From Desulfomonilia bacterium (GTDB lineage: Bacteria > Desulfobacterota > Desulfomonilia > UBA1062): DNA of 64,000 bases. Below, piece after piece: positions 19,185 to 29,387 of the stretch (the first letter of the stretch is position 1; the number at the start of each line of letters is the position of its first letter). A program made the translations under genes and the position numbers. Location of the stretch: the NCBI GenBank assembly GCA_050014195.1, contig JBEKDT010000002.1, positions 192,001-256,000 on the forward strand, read 5' to 3'. The notes under the pieces are model-generated. The model was not told the origin of the DNA, did not search any database, and saw nothing but the letters and a program-made list of their open reading frames with translations.

Positions 19185-20198
19185 TTACCGGAACTCGGTT
19201 TCGGTCAACCTTTCCAGGGCACCCTGGCAGGATGATCCTACACCCGCAGTACAGGAGAAGCAGTGATTGCCGATGACGATTGCCCGGGTCTTCAATCTCT
19301 CAAAATCAAAATCATCGATGTGGTTCGGCGTTTTGCCTTCCACCGGCAAGTCCAGCATCTGGTTGAAATCACAATCATACAATCGCCCGTCCCACCCTAC
19401 TGAAACGGTGTTCCGGCACATCAAACAATGAATAGTCGAAGGATTGAATGATGTGTGAAGAACATTCATATAGTCTTCAAAGTTCTCCGACCGGATGAGG
19501 TACTCCAGATACCTGCCTACAGGCGAGTTGACCAGGCAATAGAGGGTATTGAAGACAACCCCATGCTCTCCTTTCAGCCGGGTCTTGTATTCATGTTCCA
19601 GTGCCTGCTGCGCCCCAGGCAGAAAGGCACCAACCGGATTATAGACAAGGTTCAGGATCAAGCCGCTTCCGGGTATGCCATACCCCCTTTCATTCAGCAG
19701 CCGCATGACCTCGATGATGCATCTGAAAACGCCGCCGCCCCTCTGCCTGTTGACCCTATCTTCATGGTAGTCGGGAAGGGAAGCAATGATTTCGACCCTG
19801 TGGTCCGCATAGAGATCAATGAAGTTTTTATATTGTTCGTCGCGGAGGATTACAAGGTTGGTGCGGACCATCAACCGCCGATTCAACGTGGCAGCTTCCC
19901 GGATAAACCAGGGAAGCTCCGGATTCATCTCCGGTGCGCCGCCCGTGATATCTATGGTACCGATCCGATGGGTACGCAGCACTTCCAGGCATTTTTCAAA
20001 CACCCTGCGTCCCATGATTTCCGATCGCTCCGGACCGGCCTGGACATGGCAGTGCCTGCATGAGAGGTTGCAGCGCTTACTCACATTCATCTGGAGTATT
20101 TCAATCGATTCAGATCTCAGCGGAGTGCTGATCCTTTTATGAAACGGGATCCTTACAGGGTTATTATTGAGGATCTCCATTTGCTCCAAAGAAGTCAT
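19185..20198 (-). CDS. arsS: ArsS-like radical SAM protein with Cys-rich C-terminal domain (DUF3641 type)
   Basis: CNLSCRHCH, DITGGAPEMNP, LMCR...YDCDFNQML, HCFSCTAG.GSSC. Confidence 0.85.
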   Translation of the reverse strand: MTSLEQMEILNNNPVRIPFHKRISTPLRSESIEILQMNVSKRCNLSCRHCHVQAGPERSEIMGRRVFEKCLEVLRTHRIGTIDITGGAPEMNPELPWFIREAATLNRRLMVRTNLVILRDEQYKNFIDLYADHRVEIIASLPDYHEDRVNRQRGGGVFRCIIEVMRLLNERGYGIPGSGLILNLVYNPVGAFLPGAQQALEHEYKTRLKGEHGVVFNTLYCLVNSPVGRYLEYLIRSENFEDYMNVLHTSFNPSTIHCLMCRNTVSVGWDGRLYDCDFNQMLDLPVEGKTPNHIDDFDFERLKTRAIVIGNHCFSCTAGVGSSCQGALERLTETEFR

Positions 20199-20199
20199 A

Positions 20200-20535
20200 T
20201 TACATTTCCTTCTTCTTGATAATCTTTCGCATCTGCGTGGAATGAGCCAGGACATCACCCGCTGTCATTGCAGCTCCGACATGTACTGCCTCCATCATCT
20301 CATCACTGGAAACGCTCAGCGAAAGGCATTTATTCGTGTAGGCATCAATGCAGTACGGGCAGTGACGCACAGTAGCCACCGTAAGGGCTATTAATGCCTT
20401 TTCCCGCTCGGTGAGCACGCCGGGTCCTGTTACCTCGGCGTAATATTCAAAGAACTTTTTGCCCTGCTCGGGGGCATACTCCGTTATGTTCGGAAAATCT
20501 TCGAGGTCTTTGGTTTCATAGTAAGGTCTGGACAT
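20200..20535 (-). CDS. AhpD/carboxymuconolactone decarboxylase-like partner of ArsS
   Basis: LTEREKALIAL.V....CPYCIDAY...MMEAVHV; directly upstream of arsS. Confidence 0.85.
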   Translation of the reverse strand: MSRPYYETKDLEDFPNITEYAPEQGKKFFEYYAEVTGPGVLTEREKALIALTVATVRHCPYCIDAYTNKCLSLSVSSDEMMEAVHVGAAMTAGDVLAHSTQMRKIIKKKEM

Positions 20536-20939
20536 AGCAAATCTCCTTTAATATAAAATTACTTCTGCATGTTAAACACCTGTATCACGTGTTTGGCATC
20601 CTTCTTTAAGAAATTTATTTTATAATAGAGTCTCCTCAAGAATAAAACCAGTCTCTTACCTCATCTTGTGGGTTTTGCCACGTTGTCACATTATAGGCAT
20701 AACCGCACTGCTCGCACTAACTTATCGATTTCCAAAGCACACACGGGCGCATCACAAACACTAAGCTGCATACATCACACCAAGGGATTGATGCATGCTC
20801 ATATGCAAAGATCCCCCTATAAAAATCTTCCGCATAAAATCTTCATAGTTCTTTCTTCTTGACTTTCAACCCCGTTGACTTAACGTATATATAACTTAAA
20901 CTAAAGTAGGTTTTTATTAAATGAAAAGAGGCATGAGCC

Positions 20940-22316
20940 GTGAACCTTGACCCCTTGTTCCTCTCCCGCATCCAATTCGCGGTCACTGTTTCCTTTCACA
21001 TCATCTTCCCGTCTCTGACCATTGGACTCTCTCTATGGCTGGCAATGCTCCAGGGCATGTCTCAGGCTACCGGTAATGCCCTGTATCAAAGGCTCTTCGA
21101 TCTCTGGCTTAAGATCTTTACCATACTGTTCGCCATGGGCGTTGTCTCCGGCCTCGTGATGGCGTTCCAGTTCGGCGCCAATTGGAGTGTGATGTCTGTT
21201 AAGACAGGGCCTGTCCTGGGCCCGCTACTCGGTTATGAGGCCTTCACGGCATTCATGCTGGAGGCGACCTTCCTGGGTGTGGTCCTGTACGCACGCAACC
21301 GCGTGCCGCCATGGTTCTATTTCTTTTCCTGCTGCATGATCGCCCTCGGTTCGACCTTGTCGTCCTTCTGGATTCTCTGCAACAACAGCTGGATGCAGGT
21401 GCCGGTGGGTTATGAGATAATAAACGGAAAGATAACCCCGGTTGACTGGAGGGCCATCGTGCTCGGCCCTGTATTCCTGATCCGCTGGCTGCACATGCTG
21501 CTTGCATCTCTCCTGACCACCGGCATGTGCATCCTTGCTGCAGGCGCCTGGTATGTGCTCCGCAATATCCATCGCGCAGAGGCGCGGATCATGCTGGACT
21601 GGGGCCTGGGTTTGGCAGCAGTGCTGATGATCTTTCAGTTCTATCTCGGGGATATAAGCGGCAAGCACATGTATAAGTATCAGCCAGCTAAATTCGCTGC
21701 CATCGAGGCGCGGTGGCAGCATGAGCAGCCGGGTACGGAAGTATGGTTTGCAATCCCCGACGAGAAAAACAAGAGAAATCTCTTTGCCGTCACAACACCC
21801 TATGCAGGCAGTTGGATCGCAACAGGAAGCTGGACCGCGCCTGTTTCCGGACTGAGTGATTTTCCGGAAGAAGACTGGCCGCCCATTCTTATCCCGTTCT
21901 TTTCATTCCGCATCATGGTAGGCCTTGGGTTGTTGATGCTGGCCATCGGCTCGTTCGGCATATTGCTCCGCTTGCAGGGTCGACTGGAGACAACGCGCTG
22001 GTTCCTTTGGAGTGCGATTCTTGCCTTTCCAAGCGGCTTTATTGCCGTCATCATCGGCTGGTTCACTGCCGAAGTCGGCCGTCAGCCCTGGGTGGTATAC
22101 GGGCTCCTGCGTACAGCACAGACCGTGACACCGACACTGACCGGGGCGAATGTGCTCGCAACCCTTGTAGGCTATGTGGTGGTTTATACATTGATCTCCT
22201 CTTTCGGGACCTACTATATCTATGGCGTGCTGCGCAAAGGGCCTTCCAAGGGCGGACCTGAGACGACCGGAGCCTCCGGGACTGTAACCCCCGGCACTCT
22301 TGAGGCAAAGGAGTAA
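20940..22316 (+). CDS. cydA: Cytochrome bd ubiquinol oxidase subunit I (short Q-loop, CioA-like)
   Basis: FHIIF, FQFG, WLHM, QPAKFAAIE, RIMVG, GWFTAEVGRQPW. Confidence 0.95.
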   Translation: MNLDPLFLSRIQFAVTVSFHIIFPSLTIGLSLWLAMLQGMSQATGNALYQRLFDLWLKIFTILFAMGVVSGLVMAFQFGANWSVMSVKTGPVLGPLLGYEAFTAFMLEATFLGVVLYARNRVPPWFYFFSCCMIALGSTLSSFWILCNNSWMQVPVGYEIINGKITPVDWRAIVLGPVFLIRWLHMLLASLLTTGMCILAAGAWYVLRNIHRAEARIMLDWGLGLAAVLMIFQFYLGDISGKHMYKYQPAKFAAIEARWQHEQPGTEVWFAIPDEKNKRNLFAVTTPYAGSWIATGSWTAPVSGLSDFPEEDWPPILIPFFSFRIMVGLGLLMLAIGSFGILLRLQGRLETTRWFLWSAILAFPSGFIAVIIGWFTAEVGRQPWVVYGLLRTAQTVTPTLTGANVLATLVGYVVVYTLISSFGTYYIYGVLRKGPSKGGPETTGASGTVTPGTLEAKE

Positions 22317-22321
22317 GCCCG

Positions 22322-23302
22322 ATGGATGTTACTTGGCTTCCCTTATTCTGGGCAGGCCTGATCGCCTTTGCCATGTTCGTTTATGTTGTCCTTGACGGCT
22401 ACGACCTCGGTATCGGCATTTTGTCCGGTACTACCCGCAATGAGGCTTATCGGGACGCCATGGTGAATGCCGTCTCTCCATTCTGGGACGGGAACGAAGT
22501 CTGGCTGGTCCTTATCGGGGCAAGTCTATTCGGTGCATTCCCCATGGTATATGCAATCTTTCTCCCCGCCTTCTACCTGCCCATAGCGTTGATGCTGCTC
22601 GCCTTGATCTTCCGGGGTGTTGCCATCGAGTTCCGTTATCATGCAAAACAAATGCGCCGGCTCTGGGACTCGGGATTCTTCCTCGGGTCTCTCATTGCGA
22701 GCTTTGTTCAAGGTGCGGCCATCGGCAGGATGGTGCAGGAACTGCCGGTAGCAGGCGGACAATATGCCGGGAGTGCCTTCGAGTGGCTGACACCGTTCTC
22801 CGTGCTCTGTGGAATCGGCCTGGCAATAGGCTATACGCTCCTCGGAGCCGCATGGCTGGTTTTGAAGACGGACGGCGCCTTGCGCGACTGGGCCTATCGC
22901 CGGTTAGGACGGCTGCTTGCAGGTGTCCTTATGATTCTCCTTATTGTCGCCGTGTTCGCACTTACTACGCATCTGCAGGTAAGGGACCGCTGGCTTCAGC
23001 ACTTGTGGCTGGTCATCTTTCCGTTGATCATCTTCCTGGCCTCCATCGGCTTATGGCTCGGGGTCCGCAGACGGAGCGACAGGGTTCCCTACGCCATGGC
23101 CGTTCTCATCTTTCTTGCCGCCTTTTTGTCGCTGGCAGGCAGCTTCTGGCCCTATATGATCCCGTTTACCGTAACGATCGAGACGGCGGCGGCACCGGTG
23201 CAGTCTCTCAGGTTCCTTTTCTACGGGGCGGGTATCATTGTCTTCCCCGTTGTTCTTATCTATACCGGCGTGGTTTATTGGGTTCTGAGGGGAAAGGTTT
23301 AG
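22322..23302 (+). CDS. cydB: Cytochrome bd ubiquinol oxidase subunit II
   Basis: LDGYDLGIG, PFWDGNEVWLV, LIFRGVAIEFR. Confidence 0.95.
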   Translation: MDVTWLPLFWAGLIAFAMFVYVVLDGYDLGIGILSGTTRNEAYRDAMVNAVSPFWDGNEVWLVLIGASLFGAFPMVYAIFLPAFYLPIALMLLALIFRGVAIEFRYHAKQMRRLWDSGFFLGSLIASFVQGAAIGRMVQELPVAGGQYAGSAFEWLTPFSVLCGIGLAIGYTLLGAAWLVLKTDGALRDWAYRRLGRLLAGVLMILLIVAVFALTTHLQVRDRWLQHLWLVIFPLIIFLASIGLWLGVRRRSDRVPYAMAVLIFLAAFLSLAGSFWPYMIPFTVTIETAAAPVQSLRFLFYGAGIIVFPVVLIYTGVVYWVLRGKV

Positions 23303-23314
23303 AAGGCTAGAGAA

Positions 23315-24460
23315 TTGCTCTCATACCCACCTCTTCTTCTCATTGCCGGGGCCAAAGGCGCAGTAGGTTCAACGGTAGCGGCTGCTATTTCAGCGATGAA
23401 AAAGGACCCGGATACAGTCCTCCCCTGGCTGACCACGGCACCTTTGTGTAATCACCTTGGTCCCTTCGGGGGTATGGAATTCTCCGGATGGGATGCTTCC
23501 CCCGAATCAATCAATCAGGCCATCGAATACCACAAGGTCCTCCCAAATAAATCCCTCCTTTATGAAGAGTATCTGGGCAAGATCCGGATTCATCAGGCCC
23601 CTTCGGGCGAACTGCCCCTTCATGCGCAGGTTGAACAGTTGATAGGGGATATTGAGGGTTTCAAGGCACTCTATCCCAAGACCCATCCGGTCCTGATCAA
23701 CCTTCTGCCGGCATGCAGGACGATCGATCTTTCGGGATTGGACCGGCTGGATCGGCTGTATTCGCATACGGATTCAACAAAATTCCCCGATCTGGCCTAT
23801 GCCCTTGCTGCAATCTTAACCGGTATCCCGGTCGTGAATTTCACATCCAATGCCCTCGAGCTGCCCGTGATCGTCGAAGAGGCGCTTAAGGCGGGCGTCC
23901 CTGTGTGCGGCCGTGACGGGAAGACCGGTCAGACCTACCTGAAGGTAGTGCTCGCTTCGGCCCTGAAGGCCCGCAGCCTTCAGGTTGACGGATGGTACAG
24001 TTTGAATATACTCGGCAACGAAGACGGCAGGAATCTTGCCGATCCCACGAAGGCATCAGGCAAAGTGGCCAACAAAACCGGGTTGCTGGAAGAGGTTCTC
24101 GGATATAAGGTTGGCAGGCAATATGGAACTGATTCCCATAAGGTCGTTATCGACTATTATCCACCCAGAGGTGATTGCAAAGAGGCGTGGGATGTCATCG
24201 ACTTTGCAGGCCTCTTCGGCCTGCCCATGAGCCTCAGGCTGAACCTGCAGGCGCGCGACTCCATCCTGGCAGCCCCCCTTGTCATCGACCTGGCCCGCTG
24301 GATGGCCGCCCTGCATGCTGCAGGCCGTTCAGGCCTGGTTCCGGAGTTGGGCTTCTATTTTAAGAAACCCCTGGGCCCCAATCCACCGGTGACCTTCCAG
24401 GATCAACTCGCAGCGCTTGATCGATTGGAAGTTGTTTGCAAGGGGCATATAAATAGTTGA
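23315..24460 (+). CDS. ino1: Myo-inositol-1-phosphate synthase family protein
   Basis: GRDGKTGQT, NILGNEDG, GDCKEAWD, RDSILAAPLVIDL, YFKKP. Confidence 0.82.
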   Translation: MLSYPPLLLIAGAKGAVGSTVAAAISAMKKDPDTVLPWLTTAPLCNHLGPFGGMEFSGWDASPESINQAIEYHKVLPNKSLLYEEYLGKIRIHQAPSGELPLHAQVEQLIGDIEGFKALYPKTHPVLINLLPACRTIDLSGLDRLDRLYSHTDSTKFPDLAYALAAILTGIPVVNFTSNALELPVIVEEALKAGVPVCGRDGKTGQTYLKVVLASALKARSLQVDGWYSLNILGNEDGRNLADPTKASGKVANKTGLLEEVLGYKVGRQYGTDSHKVVIDYYPPRGDCKEAWDVIDFAGLFGLPMSLRLNLQARDSILAAPLVIDLARWMAALHAAGRSGLVPELGFYFKKPLGPNPPVTFQDQLAALDRLEVVCKGHINS

Positions 24461-24485
24461 GCATCCTGGTAAGGGAGTATGCATC

Positions 24486-25376
24486 ATGAAGTTCGGGTAC
24501 AGCACCAATGCCTTTGTGAATTATTCCTTGTTCGATGCGGTAAACATGATTGCCGAGCTTGGGTTCGGCGGGGTCGAAATCATGGCCGACCGCCCCCATC
24601 TCTACCCGCAGGACTGGGGACACGAAGGCCTTATCCGGCTCAAAGACCTGATCCTCCAAAAGGGCCTTCGGATCACCAACCTGAACAGCTTCACCCTGTT
24701 CGCCGTGGGAGATACCTACCTTCCATCGTGGATAGAGCCCGTGAAAGAGAGACGGGATATCCGTATCCGCCATACCCTTGATTGCCTGAAACTCGCATCC
24801 TTTCTCGGGTGTGATAACATCTCCGTTCCCCCCGGCGGGCCCTTGCACGGAATTGCACGTCAGGAAGCCTTGTCCTTGTTCTATGATGGTCTCGATAAGG
24901 TCGTTCCCCTGGCCCAAGAGCTTCGGGTCAAGGTCCTTGTGGAACCCGAGCCGGACCTGCTCATGGAAAACACCCAGCAGTTCAAGGAGTTCATCCGGGA
25001 GGTCCGCTCGACCTTTGTGGGGCTCAACTTCGACATCGGCCATTTCTTCTGTGCCGGGGAAGAGCCTGGTAAAGCCTTTCAGGAGCTCCTGCCGTGGATC
25101 GGCCATGTCCATATCGAGGATATTGCGGAAAACCGGCGCCACCACCATCTTATCCCCGGGCTGGGGGCCATCGATTTTCAGCGTGTCCTTACAACTATAC
25201 GGCAAACCGGCTACCAGGGGGATATCAGCCTTGAGCTCTACACCTATGCGGACAGGCCTGTTGATGCCGGCCGGAAAAGCCTGACCTTTCTCCTGCCCCT
25301 CTTTCAGGAAGCAGGGTTTGATGTTGACATGCTGTTACGCAGAGTTACGAACCAAACAGGAGAAGAAGGAGGATGA
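24486..25376 (+). CDS. Sugar phosphate isomerase/epimerase (xylose isomerase-like TIM barrel)
   Basis: GYSTNAF, VEPEP, NFDIGH, HVHIED, HLIPG.G.IDF, SLELY. Confidence 0.85.
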   Translation: MKFGYSTNAFVNYSLFDAVNMIAELGFGGVEIMADRPHLYPQDWGHEGLIRLKDLILQKGLRITNLNSFTLFAVGDTYLPSWIEPVKERRDIRIRHTLDCLKLASFLGCDNISVPPGGPLHGIARQEALSLFYDGLDKVVPLAQELRVKVLVEPEPDLLMENTQQFKEFIREVRSTFVGLNFDIGHFFCAGEEPGKAFQELLPWIGHVHIEDIAENRRHHHLIPGLGAIDFQRVLTTIRQTGYQGDISLELYTYADRPVDAGRKSLTFLLPLFQEAGFDVDMLLRRVTNQTGEEGG

Positions 25377-25380
25377 CTCT

Positions 25381-26175
25381 TTGAATTATTCGATGCCCCC
25401 CAATCAGGATTCAAAACATTCTCTGAAGAAACCCGGGGAAGACACCTACTTCGGTTTCCGCAAGGTCCCTGTCCGGGAGAAGGCCGGATACGTACTCCGG
25501 CACTTCAACACCATAGCCCTCAAGTACGATTTCATGAACACCATCTTAAGCCTCGGACTTCACTACCTCTGGAAACGTTTGTCCGTAAAGGCCTTGGTGT
25601 TGAAGCCGGGGGACTTGGTGATCGATGTATGCGGTGGCACTGCAGACCTCTCTATCCTTGCCGCAAGGGCTGTGGGCGGCAGAGGCCGGGTCGTTCTCTA
25701 TGACATCAACCGGGCCATGATGGAAGGGGGAAGGCCCAAGGTTGCAAGGACCTTACTTGCAAAGAGAATCCTTTATGTCCAGGGGGATGCGGAATGCATG
25801 TGTTTTCTTGAAGGCAGTTTCGATGCGGCAATGGTGGGCTTCGGGATCAGGAACCTGACCAATATGGAGAAGGGGCTTGCGGAGATGTACCGGGTACTCA
25901 AACCCGGGGGCAAGATGATGTGCCTTGAGTTCTCCCTTCCCACATCTTCATGGTTCCGCCTCCTCTATGATTTCTATTCTTTTCACCTCATGCCCCTTGC
26001 CGGGCGACTCCTGGCCGGTACTCGCGAGGCATATCTCTACCTCCCCGAATCAATCCGCAAGTTCCCGCAGCCGGATGTATTTGCCGCTATGCTCAAAGGT
26101 ACCGGGTTTTCCGCAGTGGAGTACCAAAGGCTTACCAACGGGATTGCAGTCATTTATACCGGGGTAAAGGCATGA
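25381..26175 (+). CDS. ubiE: UbiE/MenG-family C-methyltransferase
   Basis: YDFMNTILSLG.H..WK, DVCGGTAD, FGIRN, RVLKPGG..CLEFS, YLYLPESI; TTG start after GGAGG. Confidence 0.88.
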   Translation: MNYSMPPNQDSKHSLKKPGEDTYFGFRKVPVREKAGYVLRHFNTIALKYDFMNTILSLGLHYLWKRLSVKALVLKPGDLVIDVCGGTADLSILAARAVGGRGRVVLYDINRAMMEGGRPKVARTLLAKRILYVQGDAECMCFLEGSFDAAMVGFGIRNLTNMEKGLAEMYRVLKPGGKMMCLEFSLPTSSWFRLLYDFYSFHLMPLAGRLLAGTREAYLYLPESIRKFPQPDVFAAMLKGTGFSAVEYQRLTNGIAVIYTGVKA

Positions 26176-26768
26176 AGCTGAACTGGGCGGAGCGCCTGGC
26201 GGTCAATAACCCCATAAGGCCTCTGCAACAGCGCCTTGAGATCGGCTGGATGAAGAAAAATATCCGTCTCAACCCTAACGCCCTTGTCTTGGAGGTAGGG
26301 TGCGGCAGGGGGGCAGGGTCTTATCTTATCAAGAAGATGTTTGATCCTGCCTTTGTCCATGCCATGGATCTTGATATTCGGATGATCCGAAAGGCGCATG
26401 ACTATCTCTCCCCTGAAAAAAGGAATGGGATTTCTTTTTTTGTCGGCGACGTGGTCCGGCTGCCCTACCGAGACAGCACCATGGATGCCGTGTTCGGGTT
26501 CGGGGTCCTCCACCATGTCCCGGACTGGCAAGAGGCCTTGGCCGAGATCGTAAGGGTATTGAAGGTCGGCGGGACCTACTTCTTCGAGGAGCTCTACCCA
26601 ACGCTTTACCAGAACATTATCACCAGGCACATCCTCCTCCATCCCACTGAGAACCGTTTCCGCAGTCAAGACCTGAAAGAGGCCCTGAAAAATGCGGGCC
26701 TGGAGCTGAAAAATTATTTAGAGATCCCGAAGCTGGAAATCTTCGGGTATGCGACCAAACAGGCGTAG
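26172..26768 (+). CDS. Class I SAM-dependent methyltransferase
   Basis: VLEVGCGRG, GVLHHV, RVLKVGG; ATGA overlap with ubiE. Confidence 0.85.
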   Translation: MKLNWAERLAVNNPIRPLQQRLEIGWMKKNIRLNPNALVLEVGCGRGAGSYLIKKMFDPAFVHAMDLDIRMIRKAHDYLSPEKRNGISFFVGDVVRLPYRDSTMDAVFGFGVLHHVPDWQEALAEIVRVLKVGGTYFFEELYPTLYQNIITRHILLHPTENRFRSQDLKEALKNAGLELKNYLEIPKLEIFGYATKQA

Positions 26769-26965
26769 ACTACGAGAAATTATCGGAACGGATATCAGGA
26801 GAATATCCATATATCTCTCCCAAAAACTTTTACTTTTCAGTCCTCTTTGTAACCGGTCATTTATAGAAGAAATCTACAGTTGATAGTAGGCAGTTGAGAC
26901 CGGTGATTTATCGCAGGAATCTCCACTTTTCCATGATAAATATATCTCAATGATTTCTTATTAAT

Positions 26966-28912
26966 TCATTGATGTAAGTTGTTGATAAAGTCGGGACCCT
27001 TCTTAAGAACATCGGAAGATTTTTTGTTTGCTAGCAATTTTATCAATTTTTGTTGAGCATCCCAATAATTTGGATCTGTAATTAATACTTTTCTATATTG
27101 CTCAACTGCCTTATCAATTTTGCCTTGTGATAAAAGTGCGTTTCCGAGATTATAATGTGCTTCCGATAAATTTGGCTTAATCTGAAGTGCATTATTAAAG
27201 TAATGAATTGCTTCGTTAACTCTACCTTGAGATTCTAAACAAATACCCATGTTTACATTCGCAGATGCATTTTCAGATTTTATCTCCAGGACCTTAGAGA
27301 ACATCTTGATTGCTCCATCAAATCTTTTCTGATGCATGTATGCAACACCAAGACTATTATAAGCATCTTCATAAGTCGGATCAATTAATATAGCCTTGGT
27401 ATAATAACTAACTGCTTTTGATATATCACCTTTCATTATAAATATTTCACCCATTATTAGATTTATATATTTATCATTGGGAGCTACTTTCAAGGCCTCA
27501 TTACAATGTTTTGCTGCGCCGTCAAGATCACCTTCACCAATTAGGGTCTTTGCAAGCCAAAGGTGGGCTACATCATTATTAACAGTCACCTTGATGCAAT
27601 GCTCAAAAAGAGTATCACTATTTTTCCAATACCCCACTTGTATCCACGAATATATCATAAGAATAGAAAGGCTTGCCCCTGCTAATGTAAACAAGTAGTA
27701 TTTTTGAAGTCGCCATTTTTCGAGTAATTCAGGTACACCCCAGGCAACCATGATAAATATACCAATAAAAGGGACATAGGCCCATCGATCAGCCATAGCC
27801 GGCCAAATGCCCGACTGGTATAATCCACTTACTGGTATAAGGGTACCAGCATACCAAAGCCACCCTACGAGAAGATAAGGATGTCTTCGGGAGGTTACAA
27901 TAACTATAGCACTGATAAATACAATCAAGAGAAAGGCTCCGAAACTCTGCCAAAATGGAATAGATTGTGGGAAGGGATAATATACCGCCAGGTTATGTGG
28001 CCAGATCGCCTTCCCTATGTATGCAATATATGAAACTAGGGCATTACCAATCCTTAAACCTATTGGGATTTGTTCATATGATATAATATTAACATATATT
28101 GATAGTTTAAGCGATAATGTGGAGACATAGACGGAGAGAAAAGATAAAAGAATTAAAGGGATTTTATCAAGGATTACCCGTGATTTCAGTAAGTCACCAA
28201 GACTACTTATGACAGATTTATGAGATTGGATAGAACTCCCAGATCCTATATGACTAAACGAGAGACGATCAAGAGGCCAATAGTCAAGTAATAGTAATAC
28301 AAAGGGTAATGTTATGAGCATGGGTTTTGCGAGAAGTCCCATGATAAAACTGATAACTACTAGTAGATATCGAATAAGGGATGGACGCTTTGTATAATTG
28401 AAGTAGGTAAGCATGACTATAAACCAAAAACAGGTGCTTAAGAGATTCTTCCTCTCTGCAATCCATGCTACAGTATCCACATTGATTGGATGGAGTGCAA
28501 AGAGCGCTGCTACAAAGGCACTCTTCCATTGAGATCCTGTCATAACTCTAAGTACTAAAAACAAGAGTAAAGTATTTATGATGTGGAGAAAAAGGTTAGT
28601 AAGATGATGCTTGCCTGCATCCAGCCCCCACAGTTGTATATCAAGCATGTGTGAAATCAATGTGAGAGGATGCCAGTAGTTTTTTTCTTCGCCAGAAAGA
28701 CTGAATGCCCACTTGATATTTTCTAGAGTAATCCCTGAAATAATGTGCTCATTTTCTGTAACATAAAAATTGTCATCAACGCTAACAAAGTCGTTATTCT
28801 TGGTTTGCAAGTATACGGAGCAGGTTAATATTATAAGAAATATAGAGATAATAATAGCGTGTTTTTCAAAAATATCATATTTTTGTTTTATGTCTTTGTT
28901 AAGGTAATTCAT
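26966..28912 (-). CDS. Multi-pass membrane protein with C-terminal TPRs (TMTC/GT-C glycosyltransferase-like)
   Basis: DD..YV, WHPLT..SH, FALHP, ADRWAY motifs, many TM helices, about 6 TPRs; markedly AT-rich. Confidence 0.8.
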   Translation of the reverse strand: MNYLNKDIKQKYDIFEKHAIIISIFLIILTCSVYLQTKNNDFVSVDDNFYVTENEHIISGITLENIKWAFSLSGEEKNYWHPLTLISHMLDIQLWGLDAGKHHLTNLFLHIINTLLLFLVLRVMTGSQWKSAFVAALFALHPINVDTVAWIAERKNLLSTCFWFIVMLTYFNYTKRPSLIRYLLVVISFIMGLLAKPMLITLPFVLLLLDYWPLDRLSFSHIGSGSSIQSHKSVISSLGDLLKSRVILDKIPLILLSFLSVYVSTLSLKLSIYVNIISYEQIPIGLRIGNALVSYIAYIGKAIWPHNLAVYYPFPQSIPFWQSFGAFLLIVFISAIVIVTSRRHPYLLVGWLWYAGTLIPVSGLYQSGIWPAMADRWAYVPFIGIFIMVAWGVPELLEKWRLQKYYLFTLAGASLSILMIYSWIQVGYWKNSDTLFEHCIKVTVNNDVAHLWLAKTLIGEGDLDGAAKHCNEALKVAPNDKYINLIMGEIFIMKGDISKAVSYYTKAILIDPTYEDAYNSLGVAYMHQKRFDGAIKMFSKVLEIKSENASANVNMGICLESQGRVNEAIHYFNNALQIKPNLSEAHYNLGNALLSQGKIDKAVEQYRKVLITDPNYWDAQQKLIKLLANKKSSDVLKKGPDFINNLHQ

Positions 28913-29387
28913 TGCGTTAACTTACTATCAGCAAATCCATTATTGACAGAAAAGAAATTTATCTAAATCCTACAGATTATAGTAACCCTTTTCATTAAGT
29001 TATCTTCCTCCTAAGTTAGAGATATCCAATAAATAAGTCAAGTCTCCGATTTTATGTAAATTAGCATCTCCGATATAGCGCTACGCTACTAGAAGATCTT
29101 CCATCTACATGGTCATACCCGTTCATCTTCAATAGAAAAAATACATAGGAGAAAACATAGATTATGCCAGAGGCAACGAACTGATTTGGATTTTTCAAAA
29201 TCATAGATTTCGTGCCATGAGCAACGTTCTGGTATGAAGAGATAGGCTGCGTAGCTTTCAACTCAAGATCATCAGTTTTCAGACATCATAAAACCGAGAT
29301 GAAATCATATCTTTTATTATTTCTTTTGGTTATCATATGATTAAGGGGGTGTGCCATGCCCTACCATAAACATAGGCAAGGGAAGAT

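Noticed and set aside
29061-29261. 66-aa minus-strand ORF in the AT-rich region
   Set aside because: TTG start, no clear RBS, no motif.
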